A stretch of DNA of 64,000 nt from Chrysomallon squamiferum. Taxonomy: Eukaryota; Animalia; Mollusca. Of this stretch, positions 20,252 through 33,245 are shown in pieces. The notes beneath the pieces were generated by a model. The model was given only the letters and a program-made list of their open reading frames with translations, did not search any database and was not told the origin of the DNA. Position 1 is the stretch's first letter. Each line of letters starts with the position of its first letter. Where the stretch lies: contig CM022665.1 in NCBI GenBank assembly GCA_012295275.1, forward strand, positions 13,702,001-13,766,000, in the 5' to 3' direction. The position numbers were made by a program, and so were the translations under genes.

Positions 20252-23200
20252 TCAGTCAAGATCTGACTTGGTTTCTGCTGATCCTACACTTTCTGGGTTA
20301 AACTTTTGTAATCGTCTTTTTCTCACTTCATGCAATTCATCTTCGTGCTGCTCCTCTCTGGGGTCTTCCCACTCGGGTATATTATCTTCTGTTGCTGGGG
20401 TAAAGCCCACAGCTCCTTCTAGATCAGAATAATCTGCTAAAATGAATACATTTATATAAACTTTTATAAAGTTCAATAATCAGTTAAAACAAAATATTTA
20501 TTCGAAATACACTCCTCAAAATAACATTGTAAAAACCAGTCTTAACAAGTTATGTAGCTTTTCTGCTTTTCCATTTTTTTTTTTTTTAAATGTAATTTAT
20601 TTATTTACTATTATTATTAACATTTTATTTTTAAATAACACTATAAATATATTATTTACAATATCCAAATGAGTTCAAATGATACTAGAAAGTGTAAAAC
20701 TGGTAAACTGAGGAAAAACATGAAAGCTAAATATATTTTCAATTTATCATAAATGCTAGTTAAATGTTTAGATATGCAACCAGAGATTACAGAAATATTT
20801 TCTTAAGGAATGATATTACCGTGTAACTAGTTACTATTAACTTTTTTTGTACTTCATTAGTTTCAATTAAGAAATGTACTCTTTTTATTAGCTGTGGTAC
20901 TTATATTCATTATAGTTTTCATCTAATGCAAGATGTGACACACATGCCTGATGACATTTAAAACTGCCAATTTTAGCTAACATGTTTTTGGAATAGAAAA
21001 TAAACAGTATGCATGCACTAAGAAATATTTTTATGTTTTATAGGTTTTTTATTATCATTACTATTGAACTAGTATGAACAAACATCTTAAAGCATGATGA
21101 CTCAACTAGTTACCAGTGACACAGATAAACTGATATACTCTAAGTGTATCAGATACCACAATGAGTTTTAAGCATACCTATATTTTTTTCTATTTTCCCA
21201 TTTTTTATCACTGATGTTGGTCCACGAGAACTGGTCTCCTTTTTCACAGGGAACACCTTTGGCTTTGCTCCTCCTAGAACTGTCCCATCTGATTCCTGCC
21301 TGGTTTGAGTTTTGTTGGGGACAGGTCCCTTTGTATCTACAGATGTCTGTGGCAAAACTCCTATTCCTGGCATACTATTTTCAAAAATGAATAGAATAAA
21401 ATAAATGACAAAAAAACAACAACAAAAAAAAACAACATAAAAGCAGCTCAAATATTCTCAAACAGCTTAGATCCTAACCTGCCAGAAAAACAACTGATTA
21501 TCCATACATTTATACTACTGATTTCAATTTGTTTATACAACTTATTAGAGATAAAAATTTCAGTAATTAAAGTTTTTGTAATAAAAACAATAATAAATTC
21601 ACTTATGATATACATTCCCTCAGAATTCTCTTCTTTTCAGTGATATTTAACTGACAAACCTAAAATTTTAAAATCACTTTTTGAAGTATCATTTCTGTGA
21701 AGACCAATTCAAAACTATCAAATATTTATCAAGCTGATAATAAAAATTTAATAAATGTGGTCTAACAATATCACTGAACAAATCAAATTTTCAAACAATT
21801 TTAATATATATAAAAAATATCAAATGTTTGAGATTTAGCAGTCAGTGCAAAAACACCTATTACTGTATTTTGGCAGTATACCTTGACTGAGCAGCTACTT
21901 GGTTGTACTGGTTAATAAGGACCATGGCCCCATCCAACAGAGACTGTATATCTCGTAACCACTGAATTCTTGCTTCGACACTCTCGCGCTCTTGGCCTTC
22001 CAGTTTCTTCAGTTCTTCGTCAGTCATACCTGACAGTGGCTGTGCAGGCAGAGGAAATCCTGTAATATAAATTTACTTGTTACATGTTGAGAAATAATTA
22101 TTTGGGCTATGTCTTTCATAATGACCTATGACAATTTATCATCAAGTTAAAATGAAATTTTTAAAAACTGAATAAATAATCAGAAATTTTATGACATTAG
22201 TTATTACTTGTAAGATCAGTGTTGGTATGTTATGAAAATTATAATCTGTATGTTGTAAGTGTTACGACAGTGACATAGTGGATTTATAACACCTCTGAAG
22301 AAAAACAAATTTAAATATTTATTATTGTAAAAAGAAGACTTTTTTGTATATCTGTTAGCAAAAAAATAATAAAATACTGTAAACATTTTTAAAAATGAAG
22401 TTTGCTAAGAATAAAAATAATCGATCTGTAAAAACTTTATTTATCAAGTTATTATGTTTCCCCAAAAAAATTCTTTTCCTGAGATCACACAAAAAATATT
22501 TAATTTCAAGAATTTTGTTACAGTTCTGAAATCTGCTAAAATTAAATTAAAATAAAAAACCCATAAAATAAAGAACACTTCACAATCAAATATATATTTA
22601 TATATATGTATATGGATATGTATATATTTATGTATATATATATGTATAAATTTATATATATATCTGTACACAGATATATGTATGGTGGTCTATGAAACCC
22701 TTCACATGTTCAAAAATGTTTGTTGTTAATTATCAAAAAATTTCATCTAGAAAAGAAGATATGACATTTTTCAGATGTGCAGAAGACAAACTGAAAAAAT
22801 TGCATTTAAAGTCTACTTATGTAAAACACTAATGATTTATTCATTTATTAAGCATTTTAACCATGCTGAATTTGAGAAACCAAAGCAGGAAACCATTTGT
22901 TTATAATAACATGTAAAATAAAGTGACCCCTCCTAAAAATACTGAGTTTTACTATCATTACTAAGTTCAGTGTCATTTATGGGACATAAAGTAATCATTA
23001 ACTAAGTCTTCTAAAATCTTCTTATTTATTGTTGCAAACAGTGAGGAAACTTCCATTCCTCATGGCTGGCCATAGGTGCCGCCATCTTTGTTTTTGCCAG
23101 TAATCACATAAAATATTTTTCAAGACCAAAAAACAGCCACACCTAACATAAAGCAAAACAATTATCTTTTGGGTAGTTATGTGTTTCTATCTTATCTACA

Positions 23201-26200
23201 GAACAAGTACTAAGCTTGTATGTTTTGATACAGTTACATGCATATATGCAACATGTATATATATATATATGTCAATGAAAAAAGGTACTCAATCAGTAAA
23301 ATCCAAAGACTTTGTTTTAAAGGAAATTTATCTAATTAGATTTAATTAAGCATACAAAAATTAACCAAAACCACAGTTTAATGTTTTAGTTATAATATCA
23401 GCAAAAAATGTTGAAACAGACTTGCAGTGACTTTATATTGCATTTTGACCTGTATCTTGATAAGACTGCCAGCAACTTCAGATGAGTTTTTCTAGACTGC
23501 CACACATATTTTAACCACCAGTCATTGACTGTTATGAAAACATTAGAAATTAATGTACCAAGTGGAGATGCATATGACATCATGTTGAACATTGGGTCAA
23601 ATGGAGGCATTTCTGGCATACCCATAGTTGGTGCAGTAGAAGCAGCTGATGATGAACTAGTTGATGCTGCACTCACTCCAGCTATATTAAAAATAAAAAT
23701 AATTAAATAATAAGAGTTTATTATCATGCTAATAAATACTCTGGTATGCCAGTCAAAAGACATATTTATCATGAGGAAGAAAAATCCCCAGTAAGAAAAT
23801 AACCAGTGTGTACATTAAAAATAAAGCAAAAAAGATTAGGTTAATAGCATACTTGCCATATATTAAACTCTGCCTCTAATCTTGGATAATTAACATTAAA
23901 AACAATGAAGATCTTGGATCAGAAATATAATAACAACTCACTTTGTTTATTAATTATACTGATTACTCACATGTTGGAGGTATGGTGGGCTGCTGGCCAT
24001 GAGCTGATGGTGGTGGTGGAACTGGTTGCACAGTTGGTGGTTGCTGTGCTTGAGCTGGTGGAGCTTGTTGTTGACCCAGCTGAGCTGGAAGAGGTGGCTG
24101 ACCTGGCAAAAATGGAGGTGGCCACATCTGTGGGAATGCTTGCTGGAAGAAAGCCTGGGCTGCAAGGAACAGTAAATACGAATTTATGAAATACTGGTAA
24201 GAGATTAGCAACTTGTCTCTAACCTTTCTACTAATCTTAAGTGTATCTTTAGTCATATTAACAAATAGCCTAATTACATTTTATATACCTCCTACACATT
24301 TTTAACTGTTTAAGTTGACCAATCTTTGCTTGTGTTAAAATCTGATAATAAAACAAAATCAAGATGTATGAGTAACTACCATTTTCCTTATTATCACTAC
24401 TCTGTTTGAAAAATAATACATCCAAAGACCTATCTCTAACAGATTGAGAATAGACCAGTTTTGCAATGGCTTGGTTACCTATCAAACTTGAGATCACAAT
24501 GAGTAAAAATCCAGCCCCCATGCATCTCTATATGTTGGCTAATTTAATATCATACTTCACTGTTAACAAAGATTAGTAATGAAAACAAATAATCATTTGG
24601 AAGTGGTAACAAGCAATTTCATCCTTCTTGTAAAAAGATTAAAATCAAATAGTTAAAAAATATTACCCAGAAATTTTAAAATCATTTCTTAACAGAGCAA
24701 TTTCGTTATTTACCAAACTCAAACAATTTAATACACTGATAATGTTTACACTTTTATATGTCATATGCACTGGCACACACACAAATGTAAAAGTAAGTAT
24801 CATCAATATACATTGTTTTTATATCTTTTTTATGCATTCAGTAAAAAAAATGTATTTGTAAGCTACATTAAATCATTAATAACAGTAACGTTGTGTTATC
24901 TATTTACATATTTGAGATCAAATATTAAGTGAAGTTAACTTGCTGAACTGTAATGTATTACTGATATTACCATACTGTCTTTGCTGCTCAGCCTGGTTAT
25001 CCTGGGGCACAGTTGGTGGTTCTGGGCGTGGCATTCGTAAAACATCCATTCTGCAAGTGGGACAGGTCTGTTGACGCTGGAACCAAGAGCGAAGACAGCT
25101 GGTGTGGAATATGTGATTGCATGGCAGTTTTTTACAGTTGTTCAACATTTCTTCACGACAGATGATGCAAACATTGTCACCCTCTGCAAGTTCTTCAGGT
25201 GTGGCATCAGGATACCTGTGTAACACAAGAGCAAATAATTATTAGTCAATATACACTGCTTAAACTTTGTTTATTTAAATGAAAACACAATATGTAATTA
25301 ACAAGAACAATTTAGATGCAACTGATAATTATAATAATAAAGTGTAATAAAATTTTAATTAGACATATGTACACCATCCAAGGTTTGATACATTGAAAGG
25401 TCAATTTTTCCTTAGTGTGCTCACTCATCAAAGGCTATGTATTTTTTTGTTGGTAAATGTAACAATGTCGATAGGGGTTTCTTCTCTCATTTCATTATGC
25501 AATAAACTCATATTTAACACCTAATTAATGTTAATCTAAAAATGTATCAAGTTGTCATTAAATGTGCTTTCATCATATCATAAGAAAAATAATATCCATT
25601 GAATACAGTGGTTAGATTTGTAAAAACTTACAAAGTATTCATGTTGCGAATTGCTCTTCTGGACATGATAACATCATGCAGAGCTTTCTTGAAAGACCTG
25701 AAAAAAGTAAATTATTAAAAGGAATAGAACTAAAAGATATTTTTTATATCCTATTTTTATTCCATTTGTTTTTCTTCTGTTATTATTGTATATATTTAAT
25801 ATGTATATTTTCTTTTAAGGAATGTTTTTTTTTTTTTTTTTTGTTAATTAAATATAAGTTTACTGTTAAGATAGATTGTAAGATTCTGAATAAAGTACAA
25901 ATTCATTCAAACTATTTAATTATTGAAATTGATCAGAAAATATTTGTTAAAGGTGGTTTACCTCATAGACAGATACATTGGTCTGATAGCAAACAACGGG
26001 AATGTGTGTACTTTAATCATTATGGTCATAAATGCAACATACAGAATAACCCGAACAAGACCTGTGAAACAGAAATAGTTTAAAACAAATATCAAAGAAA
26101 AAAAAAGTTTATAACAATTTGTAATACAATTTGAAATATTTGCTGCTAGATGTACAATATGCAGATTTAGTGATGAGAAAAAAGAAAGTCAATGAAGACA

Positions 26201-29200
26201 GAGAAATAACTATGTAGAAATGGAAATATTGAAAGCATGAGACAAAATGTCTAAAACCATATTGTTAAGTAATTTTTTAAAGTTAAAGTAATTTTTTCAG
26301 ATAGTTATATTTATGGTTATTAAAAATATCAATACAATGAAACACCTCAAAACCAGACACTGAGTAAACTGGAATTCCATTGAAATCAGACATTTTACAC
26401 AGTGGGTGATTTGCATACATTTCAACTAAACTTTACCCCTCTAAACTGCACCAGACCAAATTATCTGGTCCACATTATAACTTAGAAAACTAGGTCATAG
26501 CAATCAAAATAATTAAACATTATCAGCCAACATGATTGCACATGCAAAGCTAATCACATGTGTGCATGCTGTAGTGTCACTGTGGTGCAGCTGAAAAATA
26601 CCAATAAGGGATTAATTAACAGCTTTAATGTTTAAATATTTGGAAGAAACATGTACTCCTTTTATTCTGAGCATGACTGTTACAAAGTTAGACTAACATA
26701 TAAATTTGACTGAGCTCCTTTTCATGAGCTCCTTGTTGTTTTGTTTTTTTATCTTTGGATTATTTAATTATTACATATGTAATTTATTTGCTCAAGTTCA
26801 TTTAACAGAATAAAAAGTAACCAAAAAATAAATTGTTTGGCTTGGTTTGGTGGAAAATTAGTCAACAGCATTTCATTTTAGTATCTAGTTAGAACAGATG
26901 TTTCAGCACATCCAGTGGAACACTGCCTCATTGAATTATTGCTTGGAAAAAACTTCAAAATTTCATAGAAAGGATCAAGTGAAGGTTTTGGGATTGGTAA
27001 ATTGACTGCTGGAGACATTATAAAGAAATGTGCTCTTATAAAGCACAGTATTAAAATAATGCTACTGAAAGTAAACATCAATGTTTAACAGGGCATGTAA
27101 GTTTGAGGAACTCAATGAACTGGAGTGGCAGCAGGTTTGCAAAGCTCATGCTGAAATCATTCCCCTATCTGGCATTATTTCAGAGAAAGCCAATGAATTT
27201 GGTAAATGAGTTTAAGGGTTCCAATGGCTAGCTAGACCAATGGACACTGAGATGCTCTAAGAAAGGCTTCAAAGTCAATGGTGAGAGTTCTAGATTCGTG
27301 CAGATGTAGTTAAGATTACATAGTGAAACTGTAAGCAGCTATGCAACATAAAGAGTTTTTACCTGCAACAAAACCAGCTTGAACTTTCATGAGCTACCTA
27401 GCCAAATCCTCTCTATGAATGACAAAGAATCTAAATGATGCAAATCATCCAAAGAATGAATAACTGTAATTCACCTGAAATTCAAGAGGAGTTAAGCTAA
27501 ATCTGCTGGTTATTGGTAAATCTCAACAACCCAGATACTTTAAGGACACCAACATACATACACACCTGTTACCTACATCACAAACAAAAAGGTGTGGATG
27601 ACTGCTGTAATATTACAAATATAAACAAGACATGAGGTAATAAAAAAAGAAGATTATTATCACACACTCCTTCAAAACAACACCCAGCCTCAAGAGTTCC
27701 AGCTACAGACTGCTATCCCATAGATATCAATCTAGAGGGAGCATGGTTGCAAATTATGCATGTCAGTATAATGGTAACAAGATCTTCACTAGTTTATGCC
27801 TTGCTTCCAGATCTGGTATTTTCAACAGAGTATTTACAGACAGACTTTGAAATGGCAACTATCTATATAGTGGACAGGCCCTTTGGTGCAAGTAGCTCAG
27901 CCAGTCTGTCATCATTTCTGATGAACATGGTCCAGAACATGTAGTTGGATGCAGTAGGAACCTACAGCTGCTGAATTCAAAGATTATGTGAGATTTCCTC
28001 TTTGTATGCAGAACCACTTCACCAATGCCGGCCCAAGAACAAACAACAATCTGGAATGTTTCCATTCATGAGTCAACAGGCTGCTCCCTCTTCATCAACC
28101 CAACATATACAGATCTGTAGATTTGATCAAGGGAACAGACAAATGTGAAGAAGCAAAGCTGTTACTAATGAATGCAGGAACTACACTGCCACCAAGGAAA
28201 GGAATCTATAGGGAACTCAATAACAGAATCTGCCACCTTAAGCAGCAATTGTCACTGACAGAAGCAAGACACCTTGCAGTATCTGGATGCAATTTTATTA
28301 ATATTTGATTGTCTTTTCTTTTTCTTTTGCCAGTTTCGTTAGTTACTTTATTAGTAGAGAATAACCAATAACAAACTGTTTACCTCAATACTGAAACCTC
28401 TGTAAATAGGATACCCCTCAAAACTGGACTTTTTGCTTGGTTCCATGGCAAACTGGTTTTGAGGGTTTCCACTGTAGCTAAATTTATGATTACCTATGAT
28501 TAGTTCTGTATACAACAAATACACTGCCTTCTGTTCCCAGGGATTTTCACTGTGGAGTTCTCGAGAATGAAGGACATACTTCACAAATGTCATCAGCACC
28601 ACAGTAAACAAAATGGCATACTGAAATTAAATATTTTTGTATAAACTAAGAACTAATATTACTTGTAAAACAGATCTAAAAAAAATATTTTTATTTATCA
28701 TAAGCAAGAACATAATGGTAAATCAATGACAAGTTATCATTAATGAGGGTTTTTTTGTGGGGGGTGGTTTGGCATCAAAATTTATAAAAGGTTTTATTTA
28801 GAATTATGTACCCTTATCTGCAGTAAAATGTAATTTCCTATTTTATAAACAAAATTATTAGTAAAACAGAAAACTATTACAGAAACATCCCTTACTTCAA
28901 ATCCAAAGACCAACTGCACAGATGCACCTTTCAAAAGTGTACTGTAATAGGCATGATTAACAAAGAAGATGTCAAGTGTACCAAGAACCATCAGTAGAGC
29001 TGAAAAATTAAAATATTATTTAGCAACATCTCTTTAACTCTGATTATATACTACATAATCTCTCTCACACATACATCAGGCACATCTGAATGACACTGTC
29101 TAGAAAAGGGCTGGTTAGGTCTAATTATAACTGTTTCTGACTAGCCCGGTTGGTCGTGTTAATAATGTATTAACAGTGAATTAATTTGCCATCCAGTGAT

Positions 29201-31820
29201 CCTACAAACATTAATATATTCCATTTTCATTCATCAGAGGATTGAGTAATTATTAAACTAATGATGCGGAAATCCCAGGTTCTATTTTTAGAAGTGATGT
29301 GGCAGTGGGCAGTGAATAACTTAACAATCCCATCTTGGTGCTAACTGCTGATGGCTATGGAATTTTTTTTAGAGATGGCATTCTTTACAGCTTGGTTGAT
29401 TCCAGTTTGGTCTAGTTTATATTAGGTCAGGTCTAGTACATACTAGTCCACTGGTCTAGTAATTAAAAAAATTAACGTCAAACCCTCTACATAAACTGAA
29501 CACACAATTCTCACATGCAATTAGATGTATACTTATTTATACATCTATAAATATACAAATTAATTAATGCATCAGTCTCTCTCATCTTAATGTCTTTCTC
29601 TTTCACACCCTCAAGTTTTTAACAAATTTAACTATCCAGCAAAGTATTAAACAGTTAAACACAAAACAAATAATGCTTACACCAAACTCTGCAGTGAAAC
29701 AAGATTGAGATTACAGGACTTCTTTCCATCTGTAACATAAAAATGGAAGAAAAACATATATATTACTAGATATCAAGCTATTTAAAAACAAATTAGACAA
29801 TAAAAAATTGTTACATTTAACTTTATAAAAAGAAATATAATCTGTTGGCTTTAGAACATATCTTGTATATCTTGTTATAATCATAATTAATATTTTCAAA
29901 TCATTGGAAAGGTTTTCTGATGTTGCATGGAATTAAAAATTAGTGTAACAAAACTAAATACAGCTCCTTTTCATCATAAAATGTAAGCTATTATCATTAT
30001 GACCAATAATTAAAAGTTTAGAATTTATATTATTTGTATATTCTTACATAATCCACTCTGTCCTCAGCAAGCCAGTGAAAACATTTAATGAAGAGTAGCA
30101 AGGTAAAGAGAGCCACGAAGCGAGGACTGAAGTCATCTCGGAATACTGTGAATGCCAAGCATGTCTCTGTGACCGCATACCAAGATCTTTCTATTAGATG
30201 CTGAAATAACATCAGTTTAAAATGAATATGTACAACTACAAAACAAACACTGATCCATTAGGCAATATCCCCAAAACCTAAATATAGTTTGAATTTGTAA
30301 GTTATAACTAAAACAAGTTTTGTAACTATTTATGATCTGATCCTGAATATTTTGAATATTGTGTAGTTGATCTCTATCACAATTTAATTGCATAATGATA
30401 AGAAAAAAAGGAAACTCTTTACTGCATATACTACTTTAACTTATTAGTAAGTCAGCTATCTTTAACAAAAGTCTTTCTTCAGGCATGAAAATACATATCA
30501 TGACCTTTGATAAATGAGTATTGGAGATGATACCAACTATCTAAAATTAGTGGGAGTTTTAATTTTATTTATTTATTTCTGTTGTTATTGTTTTTTTGGA
30601 TTATGGGTTTCATGCTATTGGGTTTTTTTAAAATTATTATTATTAAAAATATTAAAAGCAAAAAAATATTTATGTCACCTCCATTTCAGCAGCTCTGAGT
30701 TGACCAAAAAAAATCTTTCTCATCAGTTTTCCCATAAGAGTGACAAAAACAAATGCTTGAAAGTATAAAACCTTTAAAAAAAAGAAAAAGAGAATGAAAA
30801 TAATGAATTGTGATAAATTTTCAGTCTATCTAGAAAGATTTATGTGCTCTACATCTTCTGTTCAAAATATCTGCTATAATCCTAATGAACAATTTATAAA
30901 TGAGTAAATGTTATTTCCAGCTCTTTTGTTTTATAAACATGAAAGAACATAATGATAAAATATACAACTATTTAATGTAATTCCATTATTATTATTATTA
31001 TTGATTCTTGAAAATAAAACAATGTGAATTTGAAATCCTGAATATACATAAAAAAAATTATCTCTGATTTTCAGGGAGATAGTTATTATAAATGGCCATA
31101 CTCTAAGCTATCTGCAATTGTTAATAATGAGAGAAATTTAGTAATGGTAATCAGTAAGTGCCTGAACGAATATCTTACTTAAAAGTAAATTAAATATGCA
31201 TTCTGATTTAGTTATCTATATCTAATACATACTGACGTGCTGAAACTGATATTGATTCTTGCTTGTAAAACTATAACAGTGTGTTGAATTAAACCAAAAG
31301 AATATAAAAATTTACCTTCCTTAAGTACATTTTGCACATGACATGGATTGGTTATAATACTATCATTAACAGAGTAGGATATTGATGAATATTCTTAACG
31401 ATTTTAACAATGACTCAGTGCCTATCAAATAATACTATTTAATACGATTTAACCATCTTCAGACAAGTTAATCACTTAATCAGTTAATGGTACACCGTAC
31501 AGTATTATAGTTAACGATATTAATAACATGTAAACGGGATTTATTGGAAAGCTTTTTTTTTCTTCTTTTTTTTTAATATAATAAAATAAGACAAAAATAA
31601 GTAAATTTAAACAAAATCAATAACAACTTTATTTGTTATTTGAATATTTCTAAATTCTATCATCTTGGCAACTGTCAATTTTACAACTTACAGCCATGCT
31701 CGGATTCGATTTAGTTATGTAAACCACCGAAGGATAAAACTGCTTCTTTTGAAAATATGCATTTCCAACAACAAATCCAGTTAAAATAAAGCTGGCTGTT
31801 GTCAAAAGAAACGACCGCAT
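20252..31820 (-). CDS. SYVN1: E3 ubiquitin-protein ligase synoviolin / HRD1 (ERAD), about 645 aa
   Basis: Exons (minus) 31820-31692, 30771-30679, 30200-30048, 29729-29681, 28999-28896, 28620-28494, 26061-25962, 25697-25632, 25215-24971, 24159-23971, 23681-23559, 22059-21882, 21374-21178, 20436-20252 (1938 nt, phases consistent). Motifs: KKQFYPSVVYITKSNPSMA, FFGQLRAAE, WYAVTETCLAFTVFRDDFS, KCFHWLAEDRVD, RING-H2 CIICREEM...LPCNHIFHTSCLRSWFQRQQTCPTCR, Pro/Gln-rich region, LEGQERESVEARIQWL, C-terminal p97-binding-motif-like EVRKRRLQKF. Confidence 0.97.
26335..28474 (+). mobile_element. Full-length decayed Tigger/pogo-type DNA transposon in SYVN1 intron 6
   Basis: Imperfect TIRs CAATGAAACACCTCAAAACCAG (26335) and reverse complement CAGTGGAAACCCTCAAAACCAG (ends 28474), both flanked by TA. 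Broken transposase on the + strand: IIPLSGII/EKANEFG, FKGSNG*LDQW (CENP-B-type HTH), VFTCNKTSLNFHELP (FNxDETGL), KSSKE*ITV, LVIGKSQQPRYFK, PVTYITNKKVWMT. Confidence 0.88.
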
Positions 31821-31857
31821 CTTGCCACTTGCAATTATTATATTTTCTTGTGTCGTG

Positions 31858-31892
31858 ACAAAATATGGTGGACTTCCGTTTAAAACGTCACA
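31858..31892 (-). promoter_or_regulatory. Probable SYVN1 core-promoter motifs (ETS + YY1-like + TGACGT)
   Basis: Minus strand reads GTGACGTTTTAAACGGAAGTCCACCATATTTTG, 40-70 nt upstream of the ATG, in a locally CpG-containing stretch. Confidence 0.45.
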
Positions 31893-32147
31893 CTATATCC
31901 GGTATATTCTGAAAAACCGTTAACATATTTGGAAAATCAGGGTTGTTCGGTATTTTCAAAATAGGAACAACATTATTCACTGGAAAAACTTTTCGCAGCG
32001 AATTATATAATTGTTTGAAATACAGAGTGCAATCAAACAGATTGGGAATATATGTACTGAAAACTTTTTAATTAACCATTCAGTATCCAACACGTTCCAT
32101 CGTATTATGCGTGTTTTAATTATTTTGTGGAGACAAACTGGGAGAAA

Positions 32148-32150
<3 letters not shown>

Positions 32151-32193
<43 letters not shown>
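32151..32193. repeat. (CA)n microsatellite
   Basis: Direct read. Confidence 0.95.
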
Positions 32194-32194
<1 letters not shown>

Positions 32195-32322
32195 TATTTT
32201 ATATATTTATATTTTGAAATTAGATAAATAGGATTAAATAAAAAGTAAAATATTTGTTTCTGTTTTTTTTAATTTATTTTTTATATTGTTATTTATTATT
32301 TATTTATTTTTATTATTTATTA

Positions 32323-32324
<2 letters not shown>

Positions 32325-32374
<50 letters not shown>
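32325..32374. repeat. (TTA)n microsatellite
   Basis: Direct read. Confidence 0.9.
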
Positions 32375-32376
<2 letters not shown>

Positions 32377-33245
32377 CTTGTATTGCTCTGCCCTTAAACA
32401 TAGGGGGAGATAACTGAATTTGTTTTGATTTTTTTTAACAAAAAATCTTTTATGGAGAAGTCACAAAAGCAAATCGTAGTAAAAAAAAAAAGAAAATAGT
32501 AGCAGACGACATACATGGAAAGGTGAAATACGGTTTTCATAATTGGCGTTAAAAAACCTTGTTTTTAGTATTAGTTTTATCTCATTTCATATATTTACAA
32601 TAACAATAAAAATAAATATGTTATATATTTGTTTAATTCGTGGTAGATGAAATAACAGTTAATTTTTACTGGAATATTATTATATTATTAAGTTGAAACG
32701 ACATCGCTGCTCTAGAAAGGTAATTATTTAGTGTTAAATCATTTTCATGTACATAAATCATATAGACTTTTAAAAATTATTAATTTATTATTTAATTTTA
32801 CATTTATTTTATTCTGTCATTATTCAGTTAAATTGTTTACACTAGCAGCAAAACAAACTCATAGCAAAACATCAAGTAAATCTTTGCTAACAAGGGATAG
32901 ATATAAACTGTAATGTTAATATGTTACTTTGGTTCAGATTACATGAAATAGATAACATATCATATGAAATGATTTTTTGATGGTAAATTAAAGACATCAG
33001 GTGTAATTTGTCCAATAAACACTTTTCATCTTTATTGATACTTATTTTCATTTTATAAACTTTCTTTTTAACTAATTACTCATCAGTGTTTTTTTCTTAT
33101 ACTATTTATTTATTTCTTATTTTGAAAAAAGGTTTTAAAATATGTAGGTTTCTTATTTTGTTTATGTCAGAGTATGTAGGTGGAAACATTTTCAATTTAT
33201 TTGTTTATAATAATTACTCATTTGTTTATATATTTTATATTTCAG

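Noticed and set aside
23078-23090. Strong YY1 word GCCGCCATCTTTG in a SYVN1 intron
   Set aside because: Isolated site far from any TSS. Such words are common in decayed transposons, and there is no other support.
23525-24189. Plus-strand ORFs 23525-23710 and 23905-24189 (also 20145-20432 and 55440-55631)
   Set aside because: They are antisense shadows of real minus-strand exons (SYVN1 or the coiled-coil gene).
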